A DNA stretch of 64,000 bases from Alphaproteobacteria bacterium (GTDB lineage: Bacteria; Pseudomonadota; Alphaproteobacteria; MPNO01; UBA830), in contig OZ219791.1 of NCBI GenBank assembly GCA_964291215.2, positions 1,664,001 to 1,728,000 on the forward strand. The letters run 5' to 3'. The notes beneath the pieces were generated by a model that was not told where the DNA came from, did no database searches, and saw nothing but the letters and a program-made list of their open reading frames with translations. A program made the translations under genes and the position numbers. This document shows, piece after piece, positions 1 through 10,652 of the stretch (position 1 is its first letter; each line of letters begins with the position of its first letter).

Positions 1-452
1 CTCGGCTACGGCCACGGCGCGAGAAGATCGCTGGCCGCGTTCAAGCGACTGGGGATAGAACGGATCGTCCCCGTGACCGGCCGTCTTTGGCACCTGAACG
101 GCAACAGGGGGGTGTCGATCCGTTTGGGCTTGTAGCCGTTGGCATAGCCCTGTCGCTCCGGCGTCCGTTCGTAGTGGCCCGCTTTCAAGTACTGCTCGCG
201 CTCGATTTGCATCGCAAGCTCGAAGAGCTGGCCAAAGACCCGCCCCAGATCCGTTGCTCCGTTTGCGATCAGATGTTCCAAAACAGTCCCGATCGTCGTA
301 GTGTGTCGCAGGTCCATTCGCTTCCTCCATGAAGGTTTACAGCTCCATGGGATAGCACGATGGCGCCGCGTTTCACTGGGGGTCTAGCCCCCCAGTGAAA
401 CGCCTCAAAGCGCAAACCTCGGACAAATTTCCAGACATCAAGTTACAGTACC
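1..452 (-). mobile_element. IS256-family element, left end plus frameshifted 5' part of the transposase (runs off the window start)
   Basis: ORF 6..317 has the IS256/Mutator N-terminus (AMQIEREQYLKAGHYERTPERQGYANGYKPKRIDT). After a frameshift near 105 it continues as VPKTAGHGDDPFYPQSLERGQRS. The end sequence GGTACTGTAACTTGATGTCTGGAAAT (minus, from 452) resembles an IS256 IR. Confidence 0.8.
368..403. repeat. Perfect 15-bp inverted repeat hairpin in the IS256 left end
   Basis: GCGTTTCACTGGGGG (368-382) / CCCCCAGTGAAACGC (389-403), 6-nt loop. Confidence 0.85.
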
Positions 453-835
453 ATCTGCACGCGACCCGGCGTTCGTCGCAGCGCTACCGCTTCGAGTATG
501 CGGAGGCCGACCACGTCGCGCTGCTTGAGCTGCTCAAGGGTCTGCCCTGCCAGGTGATGGTCTCGGGCCACCCGTCTGCGCTCTATGACGACCTGCTGTC
601 GGGCTGGCGCCGGCTGGCGCTGCAGGTGACGACCCAGGCCCGGGTGCGGACCGAGGTGGTGTGGTTCAACTTCGCGCCCGACCGGGTGCACTGGGCGCGC
701 TTCGCCGGCCGGAACTTCACCGACCGCCAGCGCATCAAGCGCAAGGCGGCCAACTGGGGCCGGCTCTACGAGGCCATGCCGGCGGGCGAACGCCTGGCGG
801 TGCTGGCCGCGATCATGGCCGGCGAGGTCCCGTGA
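453..835 (+). pseudogene. DNA adenine methyltransferase (Dam/D12-like), 3' half, cut at the DPPY motif by IS256
   Basis: LHATRRSSQRYRFEYAEADHVALLELLKGLPCQVMVSGHPSALYDDLL; near-identical paralogue at about 35870-36221 retains VYSDPPY. Confidence 0.7.
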
Positions 836-903
836 CGGTGGCGCGAGGACCTCGCCGGCCACGACGAGGCTTTTGCGTGCCTGCAGGACCTTTTCACCCC
901 ACA

Positions 904-2405
904 ATGCCTGGCGATGACGGTCATCAAAGCCATCCGGGCCAGGGGCTGCTGCGCCTGAGCGCGGCGCTGGTCAGGGAGAACGACGCGCTGGAGCGGGAGA
1001 ACGCCCACTTGCGCGAGCGGATTGCCGAACTCGAGCGCAGTGCCGCGCTCGACAGCACCACCAGCTCCCGGTCGCCGGCCAGCGACGGTCTGAAGAAGAA
1101 GAGCGGACCCCAGCGCACCCGGAGCGGCACGTCCGACAGGCGGCGGCCAGCCACAAGGGAACCACTCTGGAGCGGACCGCGACGCCCGACCACGTCGTCG
1201 ATCATGATCCCTGCGCCTGTGCGGGCTGCGGCGCGCCGCTGTCGGCCGCTGAGCGTCACCGAGCCCCCGTCTGCCGGCAGGTCTTCGATGTGCCGCAGCC
1301 CCTTGAGGTCACCGAGCACCGCTGCCTCTGTGCCGCCTGCGGCACCGTGACGACAGCCGTCTTCCCGAACGGCGCCCCGGTCCAGTACGGGCCGCGTATC
1401 ACCGCGTGGGGGACCTACCTGCTGCACGCGCAGTTCATTCCGGAGAAGCGCGTCGCCGAAGTCATGAGCGACCTCTTCGCGGTCAGGCTCTCAACCGCCA
1501 CCATCGCCGCCATGGGCAGACGCACCGCCCGGCGCTTCGAGGGCTTCCTCGACCGTGTCGGCGAGATCATCCGCACCGCGGCCCCGGTCAAACACCTCGA
1601 CGAGACCGGCATCCGCATCGCCGCCCGGACCCAATGGCTCCACGTACTGTGCACCCCGTTGCTGACCATCCTGCGCATCGCCGCCGGGCGCAGCCACATC
1701 GACGAGAAGCTCAACGGCATCGTCATCCATGACGACTACGCCACCTACTTCGCTCTCCAAGGCGTGCGCCACGGGGCCTGCAATGCCCATCACCTGCGCG
1801 AACTCCAAGCCCTGATCGAGATCGAGAACTGGGCAGCCACCACGCACCGGCTCCTCAGCCGTGCCAACAGAGCCGCCCGCTTCGCCCGCAAGAATGACCG
1901 CGACCTGCCCGCTTCACTGGTGGCCCGCATCTCCCGAGCCTGGGACCGCATCCTTGAGCAGGCCATCGCCTCTCACGAAGAGATGGCGCCCCTCCAGAGC
2001 GGAAAGCACGGACGACAAAAGCGCCGCATCGGTCACAACCTCGCCCTCCGGCTCCAGAAATACAAGGAGGGCTGCCTGCGCTTCCTCACCGACCCGAGAA
2101 CCCCCTTCTCGAACAACCAGGCCGAGCGCGACCTCCGCATGGGCAAGCTGCGCCAGAAAATCTCGGGCGGCTTCCGATCAATGCAAGGCGCCCGCGACTT
2201 CGCCAGCCTGCGTTCCGTCATCGCAACAGCCCGAAAGCAACGCTGGAATGTCCTCGAAACCCTGGCGCATCCCGATCCCATGCAGCTGATCCCGAGACTG
2301 CGCCTCTGAAATCCCCCGCCGCTCGCCTCCGCGTCCGCGGCAGCAGACCGGAAGATTCAGTCCATAACCCGTGGCTGATCGCCGGAAGCAGACCTGGGCA
2401 GTTAC
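904..2405 (+). mobile_element. IS66-family (ISBst12-like single-ORF) element with frameshifted transposase
   Basis: Coiled coil LERENAHLRERIAELE plus DSTTSSRSPASDG; CAGCG Zn finger; HLDETG, CNAHHLREL, PFSNNQAERDLRMGKLRQKISGGFRS; right IR CCTGGGCAGTTAC at 2393-2405. Confidence 0.88.
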
Positions 2406-3074
2406 AAAAAAACTGCCTCAAGCCATGGCAGCGGGTTGGGTGGGTGATTCCTCCTCAAGGGAACGCCGACTTCGCCGCAGCGAAGGTGCTCGATGTCTAT
2501 CGCCGCCCCTATGATGCCGCCTTCCCCGTGGTCTGCATGGACGAAACGCCCCGACCGGCGAGACACGGCAACCGATCGCCATGGCGCCGGGACGGGCGTA
2601 ACGACTACGAGTATCGACGTTGCGGTACCTGCAACGTCTTCACGGAACCCCTGGCCGGCAAGCGCATGACCAAGGTAACCGAGCGCAAGATCGATTGGGC
2701 GCAGTTCCTGGCCGACATCGCCGGGCGCTACCAGGACGCCACCACCATCACCCTGGTGATGGACAACCTCAACACTCACCGGCCCGGCGCCTTCTATGAG
2801 GCCTACCCGCCGGACGAGGCCAAGGCCCTGTGGGACCGCTTCGAGTTCGTCTACACTCCCAAGCACGGCAGTTGGCTGAACGTGGTCGAACTCAACGTCA
2901 TGATCCGCCAGTGCCTGAACCGCCGCATCGACTGCATCGAGGTGCTACGCCGGGAAGTTGCCGCCTGGCAGGCGACCGCATCCAGGCCAAGGTGGATTGG
3001 CAGTTCACCACCGACGATGCCCGCGTGAAACTCAAACGCCTTTATCCGACATTTGACGAATGACAAGACACTAG
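2406..3074 (+). mobile_element. IS630-family relic (DDE half only, several indels)
   Basis: VVCMDETP, DYEYRRCGTCNVF, LVMDNLNTH, YTPKHGSWLN, WQFTTDDARVKLKRLYP; ends GACACTAG; begins at an A7 run. Confidence 0.88.
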
Positions 3075-3539
3075 CTTAGCCCCAGTAAGAATGCCTCAAG
3101 CATGTTGCGCTCCGCCCCCGTCAACCTAGGCCGCAACATGCCGGAGCCGGCCGAACCGGAACACTGCGGAGACGCGTGAATCCGAGTTCCGGTCAGTACC
3201 AATCGGCTTGCGACGATCCGCATCCGAAAACCGTGGGATGGAAAACCCACCGTTTTCACAATACTGGGCAATACGGATCATGATCAGGACCATTCTGTTG
3301 TCGCGATCGGCGGCGGACAACCGTGTCAGAGTGGCCGTTCTTGAAGTTGGTGGCACCGTCTCAAGGTCGGAACCGGCATATCGACAACGAAATCCGCCCC
3401 CGAATGGACCTCCAGATCTGCCTACAACGCCCCCTCGTCGGACGGAACCGTACAAAAGAAGAGCCTTGGGATCATGATCGCAATGCCCGATTTGCAACCA
3501 CGGTCAGGACTCTTGGCCGGACTAACGGTTCTTGAAACC

Positions 3540-3692
3540 CGGCGGCATCAGTGCCCGGTCGCCAAACCACCAGACGGTCGCCGTCGAAGCGGAGATGAAT
3601 ACGTCAAGAAACTGGTCCACGGATCGCGGGCCAACACCTATACCCTGGTTTTCTACAACGCCGCGCCGGTCGTCTGGGTCAAGCGCGCCTAG
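3540..3692 (+). pseudogene. Possible C-terminal relic of an S24 peptidase (LexA/CI-like repressor)
   Basis: C..DGR..YVKKLVHGSRANTYTLVFYNAAP.VVW resembles the S24 catalytic Lys strand; no intact N-terminus. Confidence 0.3.
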
Positions 3693-3936
3693 GTCCCGGC
3701 CGCCGAACGGCGCCTGGCTCTCCACGGCCGCCGGGACGTGAAATCCTCGCGGCGGCAATTCGCGCGGTCGGGCATCGGGTTCTGCCTGGAGGTTCTGCGG
3801 CCGGCTCTCCGCGCCGGTGTTTCGGACCGGCGCCGCCTCGCGGAGCGCCGGCTCCTCGGTCATTTCGCGGACCTCTCGGCCTACGTTCGGCTGACTAGCT
3901 TTTGAGCCGCGTCCCCTCTCCCCCTTCTTCAGGGGG

Positions 3937-5159
3937 CTACTGGATTCACACATCTGGTTTGAGTTGGTATCCGCGTTGTATGGCTCTGAACTGGTAGAGG
4001 CCGTTGAGCATGACGACGGGTCCGGGTTTTCCATAGTATCCGGTCCATCCTCCGAGGCGGGCGCAGACCCATGCGGCGAAGGCGAGGGAGCCTTTTGGAT
4101 GGGGGCTTTTCTGTTTTTCGGTCTTGCCTTCGAGCGCGGGCCGGTCTTCGGCGTCGAAGACATCCTGGAGTGGTCTTCCCCCGCCGCCATCGCGGTCCTG
4201 GACCATCTGCATGCAGGAGACGCCGGCCACGAGCGTCATCGCGCAGAGCGTCGTGAAGGGCGCGGTCTCCATGGAGACGCGCTCGATGTCGAAGCCCTTG
4301 GACTTGATGGTGCGGAACACCTGCTCGATCACCCAGCGCCGGCGGTAGAGTTGGGTGATCTAGCGCGCCTGCTCGAAGCTCTCGACCCGGTGGCTGGTCA
4401 GCAGCCGCCAGTGCGCCGGCGTCACCCCGGGCGGCGGGTCGATCTCGCGCGCCTCGACAAGGAAGACGGGCTGGCTGGCCGGGCGCCACGGGCCTGTTCC
4501 TCGGATGCCGAAGCGGAGGGCGATCCGGGCCTTGCGCTTCCGTTGTCCGGGACGGGCCGGCAGGTCGATCATGTGCTCCTTCTCCGGCCTGTCGGCCAAG
4601 CTGGAGAACAGCTTGCCCGTCCCCTCCGAGACCGCCCGGTCCTGCGCCGCCCGGATCAGCACCTCCACCCCTTCGGGCTGGTCGGCGAACATCTCGTAAA
4701 TGTCGCCCTCCCGGTCGCAAACCGCCGTCACCCGCGCCGCCCCCGCCAAACAACGCTCGCTGGCCTGCAGGCCGTCGTCGCGGAAACTCGTCGTGTCCTG
4801 GATCGCCAGAATATCCAGACCCTCAACCCGCTCCGCCGTCCCCGACGACGCCTGTTCGACAATCTTCTCCACCGTCACCTTGCCGTTCCGCAGAAACCGG
4901 CCGATCCGAACCTCGCCCGCCCGATCGCCCCCCAGACGACGCACCGAAATACCCCGGGGACCGTGCCGGACAAGACAATCATGCAAAAACCGACACGACC
5001 GGTCCACACGACGGTCGCCGAAATGCGCCACAGTGTTGGCCATCCCTCCACACCTCTCGACAATGCTCAAACCCCGCCAGGCAAAGAAGCAGAACCGCAA
5101 AAAAACCGTAAACCGTCACCCATAAAACACATCACGGGCCAGATATGTGAATGCAGTAG
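3937..5159 (-). mobile_element. IS4-family element with inactivated transposase
   Basis: IRs CTACTGGATTCACACATCTGG (3937) and CCAGATATGTGAATGCAGTAG (to 5159); FGDRRV, IQDTT, VCDREGDIY, YRRRWVIEQVF motifs; in-frame TAG at 4360-4362 and internal deletions. Confidence 0.88.
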
Positions 5160-5253
5160 CCCTCGGGGAGAGGGATGCGAAGGCTTGGCGAGCCTGCGAG
5201 TCTTAGCCGTAGCTGGGTGAGGGGGGTAAATCGACACTCCCCCCTCACCCGGC
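5160..5253. repeat. REP-like palindromic element (GGGGAGAGGG...GGGTGAGGGG type); possible terminator for the upstream minus-strand operon
   Basis: GCTGGGTGAGGGGGG / CCCCCCTCACCCGGC hairpin at 5212-5253; half-hairpin CCCCTCTCCCCC at the other IS4 end (3913-3936). Confidence 0.6.
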
Positions 5254-6168
5254 GCCGTCCGGACCCCTGAGCCGCGCCCGGGCCTGCTCTACCAAATGCT
5301 CGTTGAACCGGCGCCGGGCCTCGGCGACCTCCTCGGGCGTCCATTCCCGAAAACCCTTCCCGGCGTCCATGCCGAGTTCCCCGGCCGCCACCTTGTCCGT
5401 CAGCAGTTCTTGAGGTTCGGTCGAGCGGTCCAGATCGGCCAGCAGCGTCCGGTGAATGTCGAGCGTCAGGTTGAGCCCGACGAGATCGGAGTTTTCCAGC
5501 GGGCCCATGACGGCGAGCCGCATGCCGAACCCTTCCTTGACCACCAGATCGGCGGTCTCCGCGTCGCAGATTCCGTTTTCCACCAGGGCGATGGCTTCCC
5601 GTTTGAGGGCGTGCTGGAGGCGGTTGCCGATAAAGCCGGGCACATCCTTCTTCACGTGGACGGCGGTCTTGCCCACCGAACGCAGCAGTTCGATCGTCGG
5701 TTCGACGATCGCCGGGTCGGTCCGGTCCCCCTGGATGACTTCCACCAATGGCACCAGATGAGGCGGGTTCCAAAAGTGGGTACCGATCACCCGGCCCGCG
5801 TCACTCAGCTCCCGGGCAATTTCACTGATCGGCAGTCCGGAGGTATTGCTGGCGAGGATCGTTCGGTCGCCGGTCATGGATACCAGATCGGCAAATATTC
5901 GCCGCTTCAGCTCCAGCTTTTCGGGCGCCGCTTCGATGACCAGATCGGCATCGCCGACCGCGCCCTCCGGTTCGCCTGTCAGTTCCAGGCCATCTAGCCC
6001 GGCGGCATCCAGTTCCAGTAAATTGAAGATCGACCGGATGCGCTCGGGCGCGCTCGCCAGCGTATCCGGGTCCGGATCCTGCAGCGCCACCGGATGCCCG
6101 GCGGCGAGAAATACCTGGGCAATGCCGTGGCCCATGAGGCCCGCGCCGAGTACAGCGATCCGTTTCAT
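5245..6168 (-). CDS. 3-hydroxyacyl-CoA dehydrogenase family protein
   Basis: GAGLMGHG, IEAAPE, ASNTS, HFWNPPHLVPLVE, PGFIGNRLQ. Confidence 0.92.
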   Translation of the reverse strand: MKRIAVLGAGLMGHGIAQVFLAAGHPVALQDPDPDTLASAPERIRSIFNLLELDAAGLDGLELTGEPEGAVGDADLVIEAAPEKLELKRRIFADLVSMTGDRTILASNTSGLPISEIARELSDAGRVIGTHFWNPPHLVPLVEVIQGDRTDPAIVEPTIELLRSVGKTAVHVKKDVPGFIGNRLQHALKREAIALVENGICDAETADLVVKEGFGMRLAVMGPLENSDLVGLNLTLDIHRTLLADLDRSTEPQELLTDKVAAGELGMDAGKGFREWTPEEVAEARRRFNEHLVEQARARLRGPDGAG

Positions 6169-6177
6169 CGGCGACGG

Positions 6178-6990
6178 CTAACCGGCGGTGAAGCCGCCAT
6201 CCACATACATGACCTGCCCCGTGCAAAAGTCGGATGCCGGCGAAAGGAGATACAACGCCATTCCCATCAGATCTTCGACCTCCGCCAAACGGCCCAGGGG
6301 GATTCGCGAGAGCGATCTGGCGCGGGTCGCCTGCCCCAGCTCGTCCTCTTCGTCATACATCCACGCCGTGAGCTTCGAGCGGAACACGGTCGGCGCGATG
6401 GCGTTCACGGTGATGCCGTACTTCGACCATTCGGTCGCCAATACCCGGGTCAATGCATCCGTGGCGCCCTTCGAGGTGCAGTATCCGGTATAGCCGGAGA
6501 TGTTGCCGTGGCGCCCGCGGACGGACGACATCATGACCATCTTGCCCTTGACCTCGTTTTCGATCCAGTAGGTGCCGAGTGCCTTGGCCATGAACCAATT
6601 GCCCCGGACATTGGCGTCCATCACCGCCTGCCAGGTCTCATAGTCGAGTTCGTGAATAAACCCGGCCTTGTTGTAGCCGGACCCGATCGCCAGCAGGTCG
6701 GCGCCCCCGAACTCGTCGAGGGCGGCCTCGAGCATGGCCTCGGCGTCTTCGAGCGTATCGGGCCGCCGGTAGACGGCAATCGCGTTTCCGCCGACGTCCT
6801 TCACATCGGCGACCGCCTCATCGAGGTCTTCCTTGGTCCCGGACGCCATGACCACGTTCGCCCCGAGCGCGCCCAACGCTATGGAAACGCCCCGCCCGAA
6901 CGCGCCCGAGGCGCCGGTCACGACGGCGGTCTTGCCCTTCACGTCGAACATGCTGAGCGGATTTCTGAGGGTGTCGCTGATCTCCCCCAT
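6178..6990 (-). CDS. SDR family oxidoreductase
   Basis: TGASGAFG, YCTSK (YxxxK), TGQVMYVDGG; start MGEISD with RBS GGAGG. Confidence 0.92.
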   Translation of the reverse strand: MGEISDTLRNPLSMFDVKGKTAVVTGASGAFGRGVSIALGALGANVVMASGTKEDLDEAVADVKDVGGNAIAVYRRPDTLEDAEAMLEAALDEFGGADLLAIGSGYNKAGFIHELDYETWQAVMDANVRGNWFMAKALGTYWIENEVKGKMVMMSSVRGRHGNISGYTGYCTSKGATDALTRVLATEWSKYGITVNAIAPTVFRSKLTAWMYDEEDELGQATRARSLSRIPLGRLAEVEDLMGMALYLLSPASDFCTGQVMYVDGGFTAG

Positions 6991-7025
6991 GCGGGCCTCC
7001 CAATTCTGTTTCTCAGGTGTTTTCG

Positions 7026-7856
7026 TTAGCTGCCGGTCTCGAACCGGAAGTCCTGTCCGGGATCGACCACCGCCAATATGCGCACCCCGCATCCGTCGCC
7101 GCCCTCCCAACGCCATGGGAAGCACATGAAGGTGCAGCGCTTGCCGGTTACCTTGTCCAGATCCCCGCCCACGTTCTCGATGCCCGGAATGCCGCCGCCG
7201 ATCATCAGCGTCTTGTGTCCGGCCTCCCAATCCGGGAAATCCTCCTTCGGATCCCGGCCGAACTCGGCCTTGTATTCCTCGATCAGGTGGGGGTGGGTCG
7301 GCCCGAGACCGTGATCGACCAGCTTGGTCGCCATGGGATGGTCGTTGGACTGCACGTCATACCCGACCAGCTTGACCTTCCTGTCCACCAGCCACTGGGC
7401 GCCTTCCTTGTAGATACCCGGCGAGTAGGCGTAGTAGTCGTCGGTGTCTTCCATGTGATGATGCATGCCGGTATTGATCATCACCATGTCGCCTTCCCGG
7501 ATTTCCGGCCGGGCGTTTTCCAGATCCTCGGCGGTGATCACCTCCCACCGCTTTTTCGGAATAGAGACCGCGACACCGGTGCCGAAGAACCGCCAAATGG
7601 AATAATCCATGATATGCGGCGTGTTTTCCGTCACATGGATGGGAGCATCCATATGGGTGCCCCGGTGCATGATGCCTTCGAACTCGGCTTGGTAAACGCC
7701 GTCCTTGGCGTGGAATTTCCTGACGTGGACGTTGACCCCCGGGGTCGACGGCCATTCCGGCATGTGATGGCCCCAGTCCTGACTCAAGTTGTAAATGGTC
7801 AGGCTTTCATTGCCGCCCGCCAGGTCCAGGTCTTCGGATGTGCGGATATCGTCCAT
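7026..7856 (-). CDS. Cyclase family (kynurenine formamidase/isatin hydrolase-like) metal hydrolase
   Basis: HRGTHMDAPIH, GIENV. Confidence 0.9.
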   Translation of the reverse strand: MDDIRTSEDLDLAGGNESLTIYNLSQDWGHHMPEWPSTPGVNVHVRKFHAKDGVYQAEFEGIMHRGTHMDAPIHVTENTPHIMDYSIWRFFGTGVAVSIPKKRWEVITAEDLENARPEIREGDMVMINTGMHHHMEDTDDYYAYSPGIYKEGAQWLVDRKVKLVGYDVQSNDHPMATKLVDHGLGPTHPHLIEEYKAEFGRDPKEDFPDWEAGHKTLMIGGGIPGIENVGGDLDKVTGKRCTFMCFPWRWEGGDGCGVRILAVVDPGQDFRFETGS

Positions 7857-7857
7857 G

Positions 7858-8670
7858 TCAGTCCACCTCCTTGCCGCTGTCGATTCGGCAGTTTCCGCCG
7901 GGATCGATCATGGCCACGAATCTCACCGGGCACGCATCGCCCTGGTCCCATTTCCACGGCGCGCCGTGGAACGTCGCCCGCTTGCCGAGCAGATCATCCA
8001 CATCCCCGCCGACCTGTTCAATGGTCGGGATGCCGGCGGCCAACAGCGTCCTGTGGGCCGCGTTCCACTCGGGAAAATCGTCCTTCGCCCGGCGCCCCGT
8101 CGCCTCCTCGTATTTCGGAACCAGCCTGTTCATCAGCGGCCCGCCCCTGTGCGGGCCCAGCGACGTCGCCAGGGGGTGATCGACCTGCGGCGTATCGACG
8201 GCCACAAGCCTGACCTCGCGGGCCGCCAGCCACTCGGCGGCGTCCTTCGACAGTCCCGGCGAATCCCCGAAGTATTCGAGGCTGTCGGAGTATTTACGGT
8301 GCCAGCCGGTGACGATCACGACAAAATCGCCGCGCCGGACGCCGGGAGCCGCCGCCTCCAGGTCTTCCGTGGTCACCAGTTCCCACATCCCCTTGGGAAC
8401 GGACAGGACGACGCCGTTGCCGAACAGATGCTCCAGCGCGATCTGGCCGACGGCGGCCCCCCGCTGAACCAAATGAAGCGGCGCATTCATATGAGTGCCG
8501 GAATGCATGACCATCCTGATGCGATGGGTCATGACGCCGTGTTGAGCGTGCTTGACGGAACGATACATCCGGACGTCGTCGTCGCCCGGCATGGAGGGCG
8601 CGCCCACGCCCCAAACGTGGCTGAGCTCGAACAACTGAAGGCCCGAATAGGGATCGACAACGGCATTCAT
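7858..8670 (-). CDS. Cyclase family protein, second paralogue with altered metal motif
   Basis: HSGTHMNAPLH, TIEQV; shares DHP(L/M)AT and F(P)(E/D)W..(A/G)H(R/K)TL blocks with its neighbour. Confidence 0.88.
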   Translation of the reverse strand: MNAVVDPYSGLQLFELSHVWGVGAPSMPGDDDVRMYRSVKHAQHGVMTHRIRMVMHSGTHMNAPLHLVQRGAAVGQIALEHLFGNGVVLSVPKGMWELVTTEDLEAAAPGVRRGDFVVIVTGWHRKYSDSLEYFGDSPGLSKDAAEWLAAREVRLVAVDTPQVDHPLATSLGPHRGGPLMNRLVPKYEEATGRRAKDDFPEWNAAHRTLLAAGIPTIEQVGGDVDDLLGKRATFHGAPWKWDQGDACPVRFVAMIDPGGNCRIDSGKEVD

Positions 8671-8804
8671 GAATCGTTTTCCCGGCTGAACTGTTTGGCT
8701 TCCATCGGTTCCGTTTGGCGGTCTTCAAAAACGGATCACGTTCATTTTTGTATTTGGGTCGGTCTTTGTCGAATGCCCAATGAGCATGGGCGGGGCAACA
8801 AATT

Positions 8805-9617
8805 CTATGGCAGCCGCAGGGCCCGGTTTGCGCGCATCGCGGCAATTATGGACGAGCCAAGCATGAAATTCCGCGCCCGCGCCGGATCGGCGGCCGTCGA
8901 CCGCAACTCGTCCAAGAATTTGGCGCGTCTCGCCGGGTCCTTGGCTTCCAGCCTGCGCTTGTTTTGAATTGTCTGCTGCTGAACGAATTCCTCGGCGAAC
9001 GTCCTGCGCTGATGGTCGTACAGGTCCAGTTCGTCTTCGGCCGCCCCGTCCCGTATCACCGCCGCCAAGCGGCCGCTCAAATTCATCGCATCCTGAATCC
9101 CGCCGTTCAGCCCCATTCCGCCAATGGAATTATTGACGTGAGCGGCGTCACCCGCGATGAGGACGCGGCCCTTGCGAAAAGACGCCGCCACCCGTTGATG
9201 CACCGTATAGAGGTTGCGGTGAACGATGTCGTACGGCTCCTTCCGCGGAAAGAAATTCTGCAGCTTCGCCTGTACGAAATCGTTGGCGAGCAATTCGTCC
9301 TCGTGCGCCTCGGGGTCCGCCGGATATACGGTGCGCCAGAGCCCCGGCGGTCCGTCCCCGGCCACCTTGAAGCAATTGCACCATTCCTCGGGGTCGGCGA
9401 TGTAGTTGCGGTAGCACATACCCCGCTCGGCCTCGAAATCGAATGGCGTGGTGAGAACCAGAAAGCGCTCGGGTTAGGTAAACCCCTCGAACGGTATCGT
9501 CATTTGCTTCCGCACAAGGCTTCGGCCTCCGTCGCCGCCGATCAGATAATCGCCCGAGAAAGTTCGAACGCCGTCCGGCGTATCCACGTCCACTTCGACC
9601 GACGCCGATCTGTGCAT
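8805..9617 (-). pseudogene. FAD-dependent aromatic monooxygenase, N-terminal deletion plus in-frame TAA
   Basis: DYLIGGDGGRSLVRK, GRVLIAGDAAHVNNSIGGMGLNGGIQDA; TAA at 9474-9476; GxGxxG region missing. Confidence 0.8.
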
Positions 9618-9621
9618 TTGC

Positions 9622-10003
9622 TTATTGAATCGCCTCGGATTTTCGGACCTCGTTGATCATCGAGGTCCGCACGAGCAATTCCCGCGATTTCCCGGCGTCT
9701 TCGGCAACCGCCCTCAACTCATCCTGCCGCCGCTTTCGGACGGCCGGGTCCTTCTCCTCAAGATTCTTCTTGTTCCGGATCGTCTGCGCCTGGACATATT
9801 CGACCGCGATGGGCCGGCGCTGGCGGTCATACCGGTCGAGGAGATCGTCGCTCTCTCCTCCGCGGATGATGCGGACCAGATTGTTGGCGAGGTTGATGCC
9901 GTCATGCAACCCACCGTTCATCCCCATTCCGCCGAGCGGGTTGTTGACGTGCGCCGCATCGCCGGCAAGCAGAATACGTCCCTTCCGATAGGTCTCCGCG
10001 ACC
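9622..10003 (-). pseudogene. FAD-dependent monooxygenase, C-terminal fragment truncated by IS630
   Basis: YRKGRILLAGDAAHVNNPLGGMGMNGGLHDG; 5' part replaced by IS630 DNA. Confidence 0.82.
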
Positions 10004-10652
10004 CGCTAAAAAAGAGATCAAGCCGTGGCTGAAGCAGTACTGGTGCATTCCACCGCACCGGAGCGCACAGTTCGTGGCGGCGGACATGCTTGACATTTGT
10101 CAGCGGGACTTTGCCGGGAACGAGGTGCTGAGACCAGCCGGCAGCAGACGAAGCCCCCCCCCCCCCGGTCAGCCGGAGGTGGTCGACCATGAATATGAGC
10201 GCAACGGCCAACCTTTTCCTGGCCTTTACGCCCAACGAGAACTGGCGCACGGTGAAAGTCACCGACCGCTGCGGGACCGGGCGCACTTCATCCGGGAGCT
10301 TGCCGACGACCATTTCCCCGACAGGAAGATCGTGCTGGACAATCTGAACACGCACAGTCCCGCATCACTGTATGAAGCCTTCGAGCCCGAGGAGGCGGGT
10401 GCGAAAGCGGTTCGAGTTTCGCTACATGCCGAAGCACGGAAGCTGGCTCAACATGGCCGAGATCGGTGCGCTGTCGCGGCAATGCCTTCGGCGACGCATT
10501 CCCGACCGTGACACCATGCGACGGGAGACGGCGGCGTGGGTGGAACGGCGCAATGCGGCCGATGTCACTGTCGACTGGCGTTTCACGACGAAGGATGCCC
10601 GGACGAAACTGAAGTCTCTATATCCGTCAATCCAATAATTCCAGACTGCTAG
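10004..10652 (+). mobile_element. IS630-family relic (DDE half, frameshifted)
   Basis: KPWLKQYWCIP, DHEYERNG, IVLDNLNTH, MPKHGSWLNMAEI, WRFTTKDARTKLKSLYP; ends CTGCTAG. Confidence 0.86.

Noticed and set aside
4360-4362. Stop-codon recoding (TAG here, TAA at 9474, TAG at 24218)
   Set aside because: All lie in genes with other lesions; normal genes use the standard stops
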